Assembly: GCF_006345805.1 (NCBI RefSeq)
Contig: NC_043012.1
Span: 40,672,001 to 40,736,000 of the forward strand
Source: Octopus sinensis
Taxonomy: Eukaryota
Reading direction: 5' to 3'
Length of the DNA stretch: 64,000 nucleotides
This document shows, one piece after another, positions 40,874 to 53,544 of this stretch; position 1 is the stretch's first letter; each line of letters starts with the position of its first letter. The notes under the pieces were generated by a model. The model was given only the letters and a program-made list of their open reading frames with translations, had not been told where the DNA came from and did no database searches. The translations under genes were made by a program, and so were the position numbers.

Positions 40874-42448
40874 ATGTACATGATAATCTATCCTTGGATA
40901 GAAGAAGACGACTTTACATGGGCTGACCTATCATACATAAGTGCAGATATTCTATCGGTCCGCTCTTATGATGAAGAAACAAGCTCTCATGTGAAAAATA
41001 ATTACCAAATCGGCATCAACTATAAACTTATCGACTTCATAAAAACTGAAGGCGCTACTGTCATCTACCACACGAAAGAAAATCAACTCTGCAATAAAAA
41101 AGAATGGAACGCATTCAACCATTTCCATATCATATGGAACAGCAGCATCAGACCAGGTGAAAACCAAAAATTAAAGTACATAAGAAATCTTTATAAAAAA
41201 GCATCATACCTCAAACGGCATATTCCAGAGTGTCAGAGAATAAAGTTCCCAAGCTCAATGGCAAATTACTTTTGCCAACCTCCAAGAAAATTATTAATTA
41301 AAGGAACAAACAGAATCAATGCAACATTCAGCGAATGGTGTACTCAAGAATCTATTCCAAAACCAGCATTACAAAATCAACCACAAACACAGATTGATAA
41401 AGAAATTGAACCTTCATTCCGGGCAAAATCGGGAACAACTTTGACACTTTTCAATTATCTAAATTACATCTACACAAGCCAGCGATTTAAAAATGAGCAA
41501 ACGATGAAGCAGCACTGGTTAAATAGAAAAAATAACGAACTTTATAAGAGCAGTAAGCCATCCTATGTATGACACTGCAATGAAAAAAGTACTTGAATGC
41601 ATCAAATTAAAAACACTTGTGACTCCATTTAAGGAGAAGTTCGAAAACATAAATTGGGAACAGTTTGACAATGAGTAAAAAACTTTATATGGATAAAGAT
41701 ATATCCTTGAATGTATTACAAATGATATTAATGAACCAACAAATACCAGAGGCGCTCTTCGTCAAAAACGTATGGGAACTCTTAAACAAGAAAAGAACGA
41801 AAAACAAACCTTTTAGTATTACGTGGAAGACCTAATACAGGAAAAAGTATGCTTGCACACAGCATAGCTGACATGTTTACACATGTTAGCACAATTCAAG
41901 GGACAAGCAGCTTCCCTTTTCAAAATCTAATAAACGTAGAGATAGGTTTGATAGAAGAGCCCAATTTCACGTTAGAAACGCCGCAGACATCTAAACAGTT
42001 AGCAGAAGGAACAGACACTGAAGTATGTGTCAAATTCAAACAAGACCAGATTGTTCACTGTACGCCACTTATCATTATTTCGAACAATAGGTTCGATATG
42101 AATGCACCACCAGCAGAAAGACATGCATTCGTAACAAGATACAACGAGTATACATTTAATAATGCAGCACCTTTCCTTAAGCATATAAGGACAAAAATTA
42201 ATCCAGGCGTTTGGAATATATTGTTTTACGAACACTGTTTTCATCAATTTTCTCTGGATTATCATTCATCCAGTGATGAAGATCTCGTGTCTGTTTTAGA
42301 GGAGTACGAACGCATGTCAAGAGCAACAAAAAAAAAAAAAGACAAGACAGACTTCAGTCTGTTGCTGCAAATCGAAACGCAGACGAAAGAGAAAACAAAG
42401 AAAGTACAAACAAAAACACCACCTCAGACACCGAAATCATCGAAGTAA
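40874..42448 (+). pseudogene. NS1: Endogenous parvovirus/densovirus-like NS1 (HUH endonuclease plus SF3 helicase), disrupted
   Basis: FNHFHIIW (HUH), MANYFCQ, GRPNTGKS (Walker A, near 41825), SSFPFQN, IGLIEEP (Walker B), PLIIISNN (motif C); stops and frameshifts in 41570-41820. Confidence 0.88.
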
Positions 42449-42467
42449 ATGAAAATGATTCCTATGA

Positions 42468-44269
42468 CGGTTATTCTGCAAACGTTTCTTTAGATTGCTA
42501 TACCTGAGAGTGTATGTGGTGCAGGAGAGTGTAATTCATATAAGAAAACCCTAGGGCAGGGCTTCTCAACAGAAGTGCAGGGGAAAATTTTTGTAATGAA
42601 AAGTCATTTTTCGCCTCATTTCTGTTAATTTAACATGTTTTTCTTTATGACAGATTGAAATATAAGGGAGGAGTGCATACACCAGTCGATATCTCCCAGG
42701 AACCACAATATTTAGTGACCTGTGGAGGGCATATTCACATATTCCAGAGATAGAGGGATACAATTGTCGACAGACCGGTGAACCACAGGGTCAAGTTTGG
42801 TAACTCCATAGATAACACACATACCCAACAAATAGAAAGTACTTGGGTGTGTTTGACACAGGCTAACAAGCAACGGTGGGGTACACACCGTTCTATGATT
42901 GACTCGTATCCTTGCAAATTCATGTGGTGGTGGTGCAGACACGAGAAAACTGACCTTTGGGAGAATTTGCTGGAAAGCACTGGAAACTTCCAAGAAAAGT
43001 GCATCAATGATTGTTTTTTCACACAAAGAGATAAACCAGTGTGTTTCCTCTGCTCAGAATATAAGGGTCTCACAGATTTTGTAAATGTTTGCACATTTTG
43101 GGTAATTTTAGCCAATCAATAACCAGACGTATTGGTGTGTCTCCATAGTAACAAGCCATATAGTCTCTTCAAACTAAGACAACCAAATATGAACCATTTC
43201 GTTGCACGTTAGTTGGATTATTCGGTTATTCTGCAAACGTTTCTTTGGATTGCTATTGTTGTGAAAGTAAGCTGCTCTATTTTATGTTGTTGATACGATC
43301 TGTTTGTTGCCTTTTGTAAAGCAAATTGTTATTAATTCCCCCCTGGAGGGGAATTATTATTGTTAAACTGTAATTATGTTTGTGTCTGGCTTTGTGCTGA
43401 AACTGTTTTTCAACATTATGGAGTTGTCACTTAGTGAAGAGAACTCGCCAACTAATGCGTTGATGGATATGTCTGTGTTTGTAACAGGTGAAGAAGGAAG
43501 AATCCAAAAAGTAGCAACCCAGAAATTAAACTTTGCAGAAGCAGCCGGGAAGAAGGAAAGTGCAATTAATATTGAAATTGAGAATCTAAGTGCTACATGA
43601 ACTGCGTTTTCAAAGTGTGTCACGAGACCAGACATGTTTTTTCTTTATGGCAGATTGAAATATAAGGGAGGAGTGCATACACCAGTCGATTTCTCCCAGG
43701 ACCCACAATATTTAGTGACCTGTGGAGGGCATATTCACATATTCCAGACCGGTGAACCACAGCGTCAAGTTTGGTAACTCCATAGATAACACACATACCC
43801 AACAAATAGAAAGTACTTGGGCCAGTGTTAAACGGGCAATAAACGAAGCTGCAAGGTCCATGGTTCACTCATATCTGAGAGTGTATGTGGTGCTTGAGAT
43901 TGTAATTCGTATAAGAAAACCCTAGGGCAGGGCTTCTCAACAGAAGTGCAGGGGAAAATTTTTGTAATGAAAAGTCATTTTTCTCCTCATTTCTGTTAAT
44001 TTAATATGTTTTTCTTTATGACAGATTGAAACATAAGGGAGGAGTGCATACACCAGTCGATTTCTCCCAGGAACCACAATATTTAGTGACCTGTGGAGGG
44101 CATATTCACATATTCCAGAGATAGAGGGATACAATCTTTGTCAGACTGGTGAACCACAGCGTCAAGTTTGGTAACTCCATAGATAACGCACATACCCAAC
44201 AAATAGAAAGTACTTGGGCGTGTTTGACACAGGGTAACAAGCAATGGTGGGGTACACACCGTTCTATGA
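42468..44269 (+). repeat. Merlin-derived tandem repeat, block 3
   Basis: Starts cggttattctgcaaacg, ends cacaccgttctatga; tgagagtgtatgtggtgc recurs at a spacing of about 1370 bp. Confidence 0.9.
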
Positions 44270-44699
44270 AAGTTCGAGGGAATGGCAAATAGCCACAGGG
44301 GGTAAAAGGAAAAGGTCAAAAAAGCCCACCAAACAAGGAAGTAAAGCAGGGAGATATTTAACTCCGGACAGCATCCCCCTAGACAATCAAAAAATCAATG
44401 AACCCGCAAAACCACACACACAACTAACAGCAATAGACACAGACAATAAAAAACTAATGGATTACATTGCATCCAACACGAACATCTGTGAAGATGACTT
44501 TAAGACAAATAATCATCCGCGCACCACTCCACCGAAACACATAAGAATTGTACACAACACAAACACAACACCTTACACTGAAAACAATATTTCCAAATGC
44601 GGTAGGGGGGGGGGTTTCAAAAATACCTCTCAAAAAAACTATTCAAACACCTCCTCAAAGAAAGATGAAGAAAAAGCAAACTTTCGAAATGGTAAGTGA
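44270..44699 (+). mobile_element. Probable LINE ORF1 C-terminal fragment
   Basis: Basic low-complexity REWQIATGGKRKRSKKP... ORF directly upstream of the L1/Tx1 ORF2. Confidence 0.45.
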
Positions 44700-45140
44700 C
44701 CTTCCCTCTTGCCTCTTGTCTCTTCCAGTGTAGTGTGTGAAACACAAATTTCTTAAACGAAAAAACTATTCAAACACCTCCTCAAAGAAAGATGAAGAAA
44801 AAGCAAACTTTCGAAATGGTAAGTGACCTTCCCTCTTGCCTCTTGTCTCTTCCAGTGTAGTGTGTGAAACACAAATTTCTTAAACGAAAAAACTATTCAA
44901 ACACCTCCTCAAAGAAAGATGAAGAAAAAGCAAACTTTCGAAATGGTAAGTGACCTTCCCTCTTGCCTCTTGTCTCTTCCAGTGTAGTGTGTGAAACACA
45001 AATTTCTTAAACGAAAAAACTATTCAAACACCTCCTCAAAGAAAGATGAAGAAAAAGCAAACTTTCGAAATGGTAAGTGACCTTCCCTCTTGCCTCTTGT
45101 CTCTTCCATTGTAGTGTGTGAAACACAAATTTCTTAAACG
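44633..45140 (+). repeat. 4 x 127-bp tandem repeat
   Basis: attcaaacacctcctcaaag at 44641, 44768, 44895 and 45022. Confidence 0.95.
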
Positions 45141-48100
45141 TCAATTGTGCTTAAATTAGGTTGTGTGAATGCGCGTGGCTTGGCGACGGCTTGGAAGCAA
45201 GGTTACCTTCTAAATGACATCAAGTCACTGAACGTGGATATAGTAGCTATCAGTGAAACCAGACCCAGCAAGCCACGGGACCCCGCGTCCATGTTTGGCG
45301 ATCAATTCGAGATTTATTTTTCTCCCTGTCTGCCGAACATGGGTGGTGGAGGTACCGCAGTGCTTTTTCGAAAGAATCTAAATGCAAAAGTAAGAACAAT
45401 ATTCCTAGGCTGGTTGTCTTGGACGTGGATGGCAGAAATGGGTGTGCATTCCGTCTGATGGCAGTTTATGCACCGTCCTTAACGGGTCGGGCAGATTTCT
45501 TCAGACGTCTAGAGGTTTTCCTGGGTATGTCTAGACCTTTACTGTTAGTAGGGGATTGGAATGCTACCTTGGACACGCATATAGATTATGTGGGAATGGA
45601 TAGGAATAGAAGGGGGTGTAAGTGCCTCAAAGACCTACTCAGATGTTTCCATTTGTCTGACAGGTTCCGACTCGACCATCCGAACGTGCCAACGTGGACT
45701 TGGACAAACCACGTTGGATCGTCGAGATCTTATCTAGATAGAATTCTATGCAGGACAGCAGATAGGGACAGTGTAGGATGTCCACAATTTAAAATAGTCA
45801 GCTACACAGATCACAAATTTGTGACGTGTACGCTCGACTTAGATAAGACACATAGACAGGGTCCTGGTTACTGGAAACTGAACACATCGCTCTTAGCACA
45901 ACAGATTTACAGGAACCGGATTAGCGAGCTAATTAAGAGGGTGCTGGCGTGAGCCGTCATTAACAACCGCTGGTGGTTCGCCCTGAAAATGGCAATAAAA
46001 TCGGAATCAATTAGGTTTAGCAAGGAATTAGCGATAGATCGAAATAGAGTAGAGGGAGACCTGGTTAAGAAACTAGAAGAGGCACTTACCACTGGCAGCG
46101 CAACCAACGTGCTGGCTGCGAGGATGGCCCTCAACCAACACCTCATCGCCAAGCACGAAGGTTGCATCGTCAAAGCTAAAATGCGTGCCTTAAGGAACGA
46201 AGCTGCGCGAGAGGCCCAGGTAGCGGAGGCGCAGCATGGCAACAGAGCCACCATTCAGTCTCTAATAGATCAACAGGGATGCAGTTTACTCGAACCCGAA
46301 AGGATGTGTGAGGCCTTTCAACAGCACTTTGCTCAACTGTTTGGTGCGAGTGGTGGGTCGGAACGCGGGATGGATTTCAGTGCCTACCTGACGGACCTGC
46401 CACGGCTCTCGGCAAGAGAAGCGGAGTGTTGTGAAAGTCCCATCGCAGCCGCTGATGTGCGGGATGCGATGGCAGGCTGCGCAAGGGATAAGTCACCTGG
46501 ATTGGATGGTTTACCCTACGAGCTGTATTATCAAATGCCAGACTTGTTTGGCGACCTCTTGGCATCAGTCTACTGCAACTGGCAACAAAACGGGAGAATC
46601 CCCGGTTTTGTGAGCCGAGGTGCAGTGACGTTGCTGAAGAAAGACCCAAACAAGGGGAATTTTATAAATAATTTCAGGCCCATCACTGCTCAACGCAGAT
46701 TTTAAAATTTTGGCCAAAGTAATAGCTGAGAGGTTGGCGCTTGTCATTGGTAAACTGGTCAACAGGGCGCAAACATGCGCCGTGCCGGGCAGAACCATAC
46801 ATGACAACCTCCATCTGATGCACTACATTGTGGACAGGGCAGCTAAGGATCCTGGCATGGGTGGGGCGCTGATCAATTTGGATCAGTCTAAAGCCTTCGA
46901 TAGGGTCGACCATCGGTACTTGGCGGCCGTCCTCAGGGCAGCTGGCTTCGGTCCCGTCTTCCGCGGTTGGATCGCTGCCTTGTATAGCGGCATCAGATCG
47001 GTGATTCGGGTGAACGGGTACCTGTCGAAACCGTTTGACATCACGCGTTCGGTCCGTCAGGGGTGTCCCCTGTCGGCGCTTCTGTATGTATTGACTCTCG
47101 AGCCGCTACTGCGGAAGCTGGCGACACTGAGGGGCATCCCACAGGAACTGGGTCGTGGGACGAGCGTGTCGGCATATGCGGAGGATGTCACCGTCATAGT
47201 GTTGAGCAAAAAACACATCCAGATGATAGGCGAGACACTAAGAAAATACGAAACGGTGACGGGAGCGAAGATTAACCCGGAAAAGTCAGTGGGTTTGCTA
47301 CTCAGCACCTGGAGAAGTAAGCCCATGCCGTCCGACTGCGGCTCAGTAGTGGGACGCTGGACGGACGGACGGGTTAAATTGCTCGGGATCTGGTTCAGTC
47401 CGGATCTCCAAATGGGTAAGAACTGGGACGAGATCATGAGTAGAGTGGTCGCTCTCAGCCAAAAATGGGCCGAGAGAAAGCTGTCGCTAAAAGGTCCGGC
47501 AGAAATGGCGAACGCTTACATCGCATACCGCCTGACCGTCATGCCTTGTCCCGATCCACCATCACCAAACTGGAACGCATAGTCTTCCGCTTCCTGTGGA
47601 AGGGTGGCGTTCCAATGATGAGGAGGTCCATTTGCTGTCAACATCCGTTGAATGGAGGACTAGGCATGCAGTGGTTGATGATGCGCAGGCATGCGCTGAG
47701 ACTGCGACATCTCTGGAACTTCATAGATGATGGTGAACAGGTGTGGGCGCCGTTTGTGAGGCGTGCCTTCCCGCAGCTAGTCTCACTGACCGAACTGCAA
47801 ACGTGGATCAGGAAGAGACCGAAACTGGGTGATTGGCACCGAGAGTGTCGCCAAGCTCTACAGCAGCTCTGCCGACCGGGGTCAAACTTGTGCAACTCAC
47901 AAACGACTAAAGCGTTCTATAGAGGACTGGTGGAGGGGAGGCCCGACGACACACTCGGGGCAAACCTGGGCGTCGATGAGAAATTCCTAACCCGCCTGTT
48001 CAGGACGACGTTCGGGCCGGGGCCTATGGATAACTTCCAGAAATCCCTGGCTTGGCAATGCTATCGAGACACACTACCTGTTCGAGAGAAGAGCTACAGG

Positions 48101-48667
48101 CACAGTTCGAAAACCATCACCGGACCGACCTGTCCGAGATGCGGTCAGAGCGACGAAACCATTCTGCATGCACACATGCAGTGTCCAGATATTTCAGAGC
48201 TGTGGACCTTCGTCAAACAGCTGTTGTCGCGTGTAGGACGGGCCTGCTTATCGGCCGAGTCTATCATGAATATTGTTCCACCACCTTCCTTTAAACGGGA
48301 AGGGAAAATGGTTTTCGTTACGCTGATGGCTATGGTGAAAGAATGTGTGTGGTGGACGCATTTGAAAGGATTGCAAACAAACACCTTCCTCTCTGGTCAG
48401 TCTCTCGTCAACTTTTTCAAGTACCACTTGAAAAGGATGAGAATAGAGAGGAAGGCTTTGTCGAACGAATGTTTTAATAAAAAGTGGGTAAAAGTGGCAA
48501 AAACGGTCAGTATGAAAGACGACACTATTTTAAGCGTAAATCTGTGACCAAAAGAGACAACAAGGGATAAGGCGACTTGCTCATGTGTTCATTTTCGAAC
48601 TGTCTGAGGTGACCTTGGTCTTTTTTGTAGGTTTTTCTTTCCAGGGCTACACCTAAACTGTAAACTT

Positions 48668-48670
<3 letters not shown>
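45141..48670 (+). mobile_element. L1/Tx1-clade LINE ORF2 (APE, RT, zinc finger) plus 3' UTR, frameshifted
   Basis: CVNARGL, AISETR, VGDWNA, SYLDRI, YTDH, KSPGLDG, NFRPIT, DQSKAFDRV, VRQGCPLS, AYAED, CPRCGQSDETILHAHMQC; ends in (TA)n. Confidence 0.95.
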
Positions 48671-48708
<38 letters not shown>

Positions 48709-48864
48709 TTTTATACACCACACAATCCATAGATCCCTATTGATCGAACGTTTTTTTTTTTTCCTTTGTAATTCCACCCATCCCACCTCGAAAAGAAAAA
48801 AATTCTACATTGTATTTCGTCCATTTTTATTGTGTTTAGCCCTGTGTGGCCACAATAAAAAGTT

Positions 48865-49850
48865 ATCTGGGCGTATGACTGCATATTGCGGCATGTGTAT
48901 TTCTGCATCCCCTATTTCGGGTCCAAGATGCGTTTCTGTGAGTGCCATGCATATAGCTTGATTGCATGTCACAATGTCTCTCAGGAATGAGATTTTCCTT
49001 TTACAGTTGCCACGCAGCAGCCCTCCTATGCTCAGTAGAAATATTTTTGTGGTGTTGGTGTCTGTGGTGGCGGCTTTGTGCTTGTAGTCAGGTCAGCTGC
49101 TGAACAATTTTTTGTGCCATGCACAAAAAAGATTGCTGTTCAGCTGCTGCCATTCTCACATCTGGGTGAAGCTGGCCATTTGTTGGGTTACCACGCACCA
49201 CATCCGCATATCGTCTTTCAGTGGTCAGTGCACTATTTTTCCTTCTTTTATATCTTCCTTTTTGTTCTCCCCAAGGGAGGGATTTTTGTCTTGTGTCCGT
49301 GCGGTTTTTGTAGGGCTTCTGATGTGCAAAGCGACAACCAGCAGTCCCCCTTCAGGTTGAATTTGCCCTTATACTTCTTGCTGGGGTCCTTTTGTTTTCT
49401 CTGGACAGGGTTTGTTTTAGCTTTGATTTTCTTGCCTTTTACCTCCTGTTTCCCATCAATTTTAGGGTGCTTTTCTTTTCTTGCGGCCATCACACCTCTT
49501 TGGTCTTCAGTTGTGGTGTTGGGAGCTGGACATGTGTCATTGTTTCCCCGTGTTCTAGGTTTCTCGGTTTTGTCTTTTGTTGGGTCCTGGATGTTTTCTT
49601 CATCCTTTTGGCCTTCCCTGGTGCCGTCACCTCCTAAGATGATGTCCAGAGTGTCTACATGTTGCCTGATTAGAGCGTATGAATGGAGAAATTCTCGTTT
49701 CTTTCACTCTATCTGGGCGGTGGTCCTTGAAAAATCATTGTTCTTCAGCGCCGCTGCAATGATATTGTTCGGCGAGTTACCCTCGGCAATCTTCCAAGCG
49801 CGGACGAACAATTGCAACTCCCTCGCAGACCAGTTTCTTGACATTTTCGC
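48865..49850 (-). mobile_element. LINE 5' fragment (ORF1-like region and start of APE endonuclease); the only antisense fragment recognised in the cluster
   Basis: Minus strand RKISFLRDIVTCNQAICMALTETHLGPEIGDAEIHMPQYAVIR (APE motif II); upstream MSRNWSARELQLFVRAWK...RTTAQIE (Myb/SANT-like). Confidence 0.65.
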
Positions 49851-49859
49851 CTGAGATAC

Positions 49860-50640
49860 AGTGAGAGTGAAATATAGGGAAAGATAAGGTGGTTGACTGA
49901 GAGGAGAGGAGAAAGGAGGAAAGCCCGGGGGGGGGGAGAAAAAGAGAGAGACGAGGGGATTGTCCTGAGAGAAGACAGAAAGAATGACAGGTCAGCAGGG
50001 GGAGATTGAGCGGGATAGAGGTGTAGTAGAGAGAAAGTAAAGGGACAGGGAGGAAAAGAGAGACAAGAGGATGGACCTTAGGGGGAGCAGGGAGAAGAAA
50101 GACGGAGAGATAAAATGGAGAGGGAGAGAGAGGGCGGGATAGAGGTACCAGAGTGAAGTAAAGGGACAGAGAGGGTCGTGTGGAGGAAGGAGACAGAGAG
50201 AAGAAAAAGAGACAAGGGGGTGAGCCTTAGAGGGAGCAGGGAGAGGAAAGGTAGGAAGAAAAAGGGGAGAGGGGAAAAAGGGGGCATGACAGAGGTGCAA
50301 GAGAGTGTAGTAAAGGGACAGGAGAAGAGGGAAAGGGATTTGACTTGTGAGGGAGCGGAGAGAAGAGAGGCAGAGAGGGAGGGAGGGAGGGAGAGTAACA
50401 GAGAGAGAGTGGGATATAGATACAAGAGAGAATGAGTGAAGTAGAGGAACTGGGAGGGGGGTGAGATGTGAGAAAGTTGATCTGAGAGAGAGAGATGCAG
50501 AAAGAGAAACGATGGTAGAGAGAGAGAGGGGGCGAGCGGAAATAGAGGGTCTGGTGGATGGAGAGACAGATAAGGTAGAGAATTGTAAGAAAGAGATAGA
50601 GAGAGTATGGCAGATAGATAGGATTGAGAGATGAGGACAG
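49860..50640. repeat. Purine-rich (GA) low-complexity tract
   Basis: Directly visible strong purine skew. Confidence 0.85.
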
Positions 50641-51344
50641 GCTGTGTCACGGACGAATCTATAAACAAACGCGTTAAAGATAAAATAGCGCGTATTTTTT
50701 TATATCTTTTATATCTATGTCTTATTAGGCGATCTTAGAAATGTAAGATCGTCAATTATTAATAATAGTAAATAATTTTTTTTTTTTTCGTTTTTTTTAT
50801 CTTCTGGTTGAGAGAACACTATAATAATAAATATTCTTCTTACCTTCCGACTAAGAGAACACCTACCATCACTTCATTTTAGAAGAAAGAAAGATAAAAA
50901 GACAGACCTTCGATATTTCTGTATCCCTTACTTGTATTTTGTAAACAAAAGAAAAGAATAGAGTTCCGATGTTCGTAGATGCAAAAATTTTCAATATTTT
51001 CTTAAGCAATTTGGTATCAGGCAGCAAATTTTCAGATGTTTTCAAAACACGCAGATACACGACACCAAAAGCAAAAAATATCCTTCTCAAAAATACAGTG
51101 TCTTGTCGTTGCTTCACAGACAAAATTCACATCGACTTCAGGAAGTAACACACGTGCTCGCGAGGTGTGTTCTAGTCGCAAATACTATATCAAAAGCGAA
51201 AATATTCTTCTCAAATACAGTGTCTTGTCGTACTTTCACTTATATTTGCTTTACAGACAAAATTCACTTCTGATAACATCGATCTCTTGAAGGTCTTTTT
51301 AAACTTTTGGAGAGACACAATAACACACGACTTGTTAGTTCGGC

Positions 51345-51500
51345 GCCATATATATACATATTTCTTCAAACCCACAGATTCTCACGTCTACCTCAACTTC
51401 TCCTCCCCCATCCCTTCCACACGTAATGGGCCATCCCCTACTCCCAGTTCCTCCGCCTCTGATGCTTGAGCAGCACGACCAAGATTTTAAGACCCAGTCC
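51345..51500 (+). mobile_element. Penelope RT-thumb fragment
   Basis: FKPTDSHVYLNFSS...AIPYSQFLRL. Confidence 0.7.
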
Positions 51501-52075
51501 CTTCAATATCTACATGGATGAAACTGGCATAACAACTGTGCAGTGCCCCGATAGAATTATTGCCAGAAAAGGAACAAAGCAAGTGGGAAAAATGACAAGT
51601 GCGGAGAGGGGAACTCTAGTCACATGGGCATGCTGTGTAAATGCTGGTGGAAACAGCATACCACCGTTTTTTGTTTTTCTCCGGAAGAACTTAGGGCCAC
51701 ATTTCCTGAACAATGGTCCATGAGGCAGCGATGGAGGTGCTAATCCATCTGGTTGGATGTGTGAGGAGCAGTTTGTGAAATTCCTTCAACACTTTGTGAA
51801 GAATGGGAAATGTTCGAAGCAGTCACGATTCCCAGCTTAGTATCGAGGGGCTGACTTATGCATCAGACAATGGCAGCACCATGCTTTATTTCCCACCTCA
51901 CTGCACACACAGGTTACAGCCATTGGACAAAGCGGTCTATGGACCACTGAAAAGTACACAAACGCTGCCATTGATGACGGGCATATCAACCATCCTGGCC
52001 AGACCATGACCATTTATGACATTCCGTGTATTGTCAAAAACTGCATGACCATTGACTGCAACTCCGACGAACATT
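51501..52075 (+). mobile_element. pogo/Fot1-like DDE_1 transposase fragment
   Basis: NIYMDETG...SAERGTLVTWACCVNAGGNSIPPFFVF, NPSGWM, FPPHCTHRLQPLDKAVYGPLK. Confidence 0.88.
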
Positions 52076-52310
52076 CTTAGTTGTTTCCGCCAACATGGAG
52101 TTGTTCCTGCATTTGTGAATTGCCCAACATGTAATTCCCCTTGCGTTCTTTGAAATGGAACTAATATGTTTTGATGTAGGAAGATGGTTCGGCGTCGGAG
52201 ACAAAGGAAAACAGAATGCGGGTTTTCAGTGTCTATCTTCAAGAACACCTTTGTGGAGCGAAGCCGTTTACCCCTGTGGAAAGTTCTTTTGAGGTGGGCC
52301 ATGTTGGTGT
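52076..52310 (+). mobile_element. Merlin/IS1595-type transposase N-terminal (zinc ribbon) fragment
   Basis: FRQHGVVPAFVNCPTCNSPC...ECGFSVSIFKNTFVERSRLPLWKVL. Confidence 0.55.
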
Positions 52311-52424
52311 CTTAGATTTACAAGAAAAAACCCGGCCGTCAGGGCACACACGACATTACCTCCCTCCCGACAACGAGGGAAAACTTGTTAACTTTCGCAC
52401 ATTCACTCAAAGATAGCGGAGAAT

Positions 52425-53018
52425 ATAAATATGGATGAAGTACCTTTGACATTTGACCTGCCTCTCACTTGGACAGTTAATAAAAAGGTCACTCGTCCCT
52501 CACACTGAAAACAAGTGGCCATGAGAGAACGCATTTTACCTGTGTTCTGAGCTGCACAGCATCTGGACTAAAGATTCCACCGATGGGGACCTTTAAGCGG
52601 CTGACAATGCCAAAGGAAAAATTCCCAAAAGAAATCGTGGTGAAAGTCAATAAGAAAGGTTGGATGATGGAGAGCCTAATAACGATTGGCTCAGAGAGTG
52701 CCACGCCAAGCGACCTGGGGGGAGTTTTTCACACAAAAACAAGCATTGCTCGTTATGGACAGCATGAGGGCACATATAACAGATTCAGTGAAAGCTGCCA
52801 TCAAGAGTACCAACTCAATTCCAGCTGTGATTCCTGGGGGCACCACTAAGTATTCGGAGCCACTGGACATCAGCGTGGACCGGACATTTAAAGTGGCTCT
52901 GCACCGTGAGTGAGAGCGACAACGAAGTGGCTGAAGTGAGTGACGAGATTCGGACACTGAAGAAGAGGACTTTGATGGTTTCAGTGCACTGGAAGAAGAT
53001 GAAGAAGGTGATCAATGA
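52425..53018 (+). mobile_element. pogo (POGK-like) transposase fragment
   Basis: NMDEVPLTFD, KTSGHERTHFTCVLSCTASGLKIPPM, KGWM, LLVMDSMRAH, VIPGGTTKYSEPLDISV, acidic tail SDTEEEDFDGF. Confidence 0.9.
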
Positions 53019-53039
53019 CTTTTGACCTGGTAGGCTGCA

Positions 53040-53080
<41 letters not shown>

Positions 53081-53537
53081 ATGAAAGAAGGTTTGAAAAT
53101 GCAATTTTAAAAGATGTTTATTCACTTGACCAGTTTCATTTTTTTTTTACGATAAAATGGTGAAACAGGTCAGTTCATCCCAAATTCTTTGTAAACTAAA
53201 TATATCTCCTTCATTGTACATATATATATACTATCAAAATATGACCTTTTTGGACTTATAATTTTCTGTGTATATATATATATAGATACTTCCAAACAAA
53301 CATGATCTCTAATGAAATCCCAATATTCTTTATGAACTTAATATTTTTTTCTGTAATCTGTTCTTAACATATTCTTATCAAAGAATGTATATATGTATTT
53401 TAATACTTTTGTGACAACTAGTACCTAACACAACAAAGCTTTTACATGTTACTTTTGACAATCCTTTTCTAAAGAAAGGTGAAACCGGTCAAGTGAATGA
53501 ACATCTTTTAAAATTGCATTTTCAAACCTTCTTTCAT
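53081..53537. repeat. 58-bp inverted repeat pair (probable inverted Penelope pLTR ends)
   Basis: 53081-53138 pairs with 53480-53537 (tgaaaccggtcaagtgaatgaacatc...ttctttcat); abuts the Penelope ORF. Confidence 0.75.
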
Positions 53538-53544
53538 ATATAAT

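Noticed and set aside
49078-49854. 258-aa hydrophobic + strand ORF as a membrane protein
   Set aside because: It is the antisense of a K/E-rich LINE fragment on the minus strand
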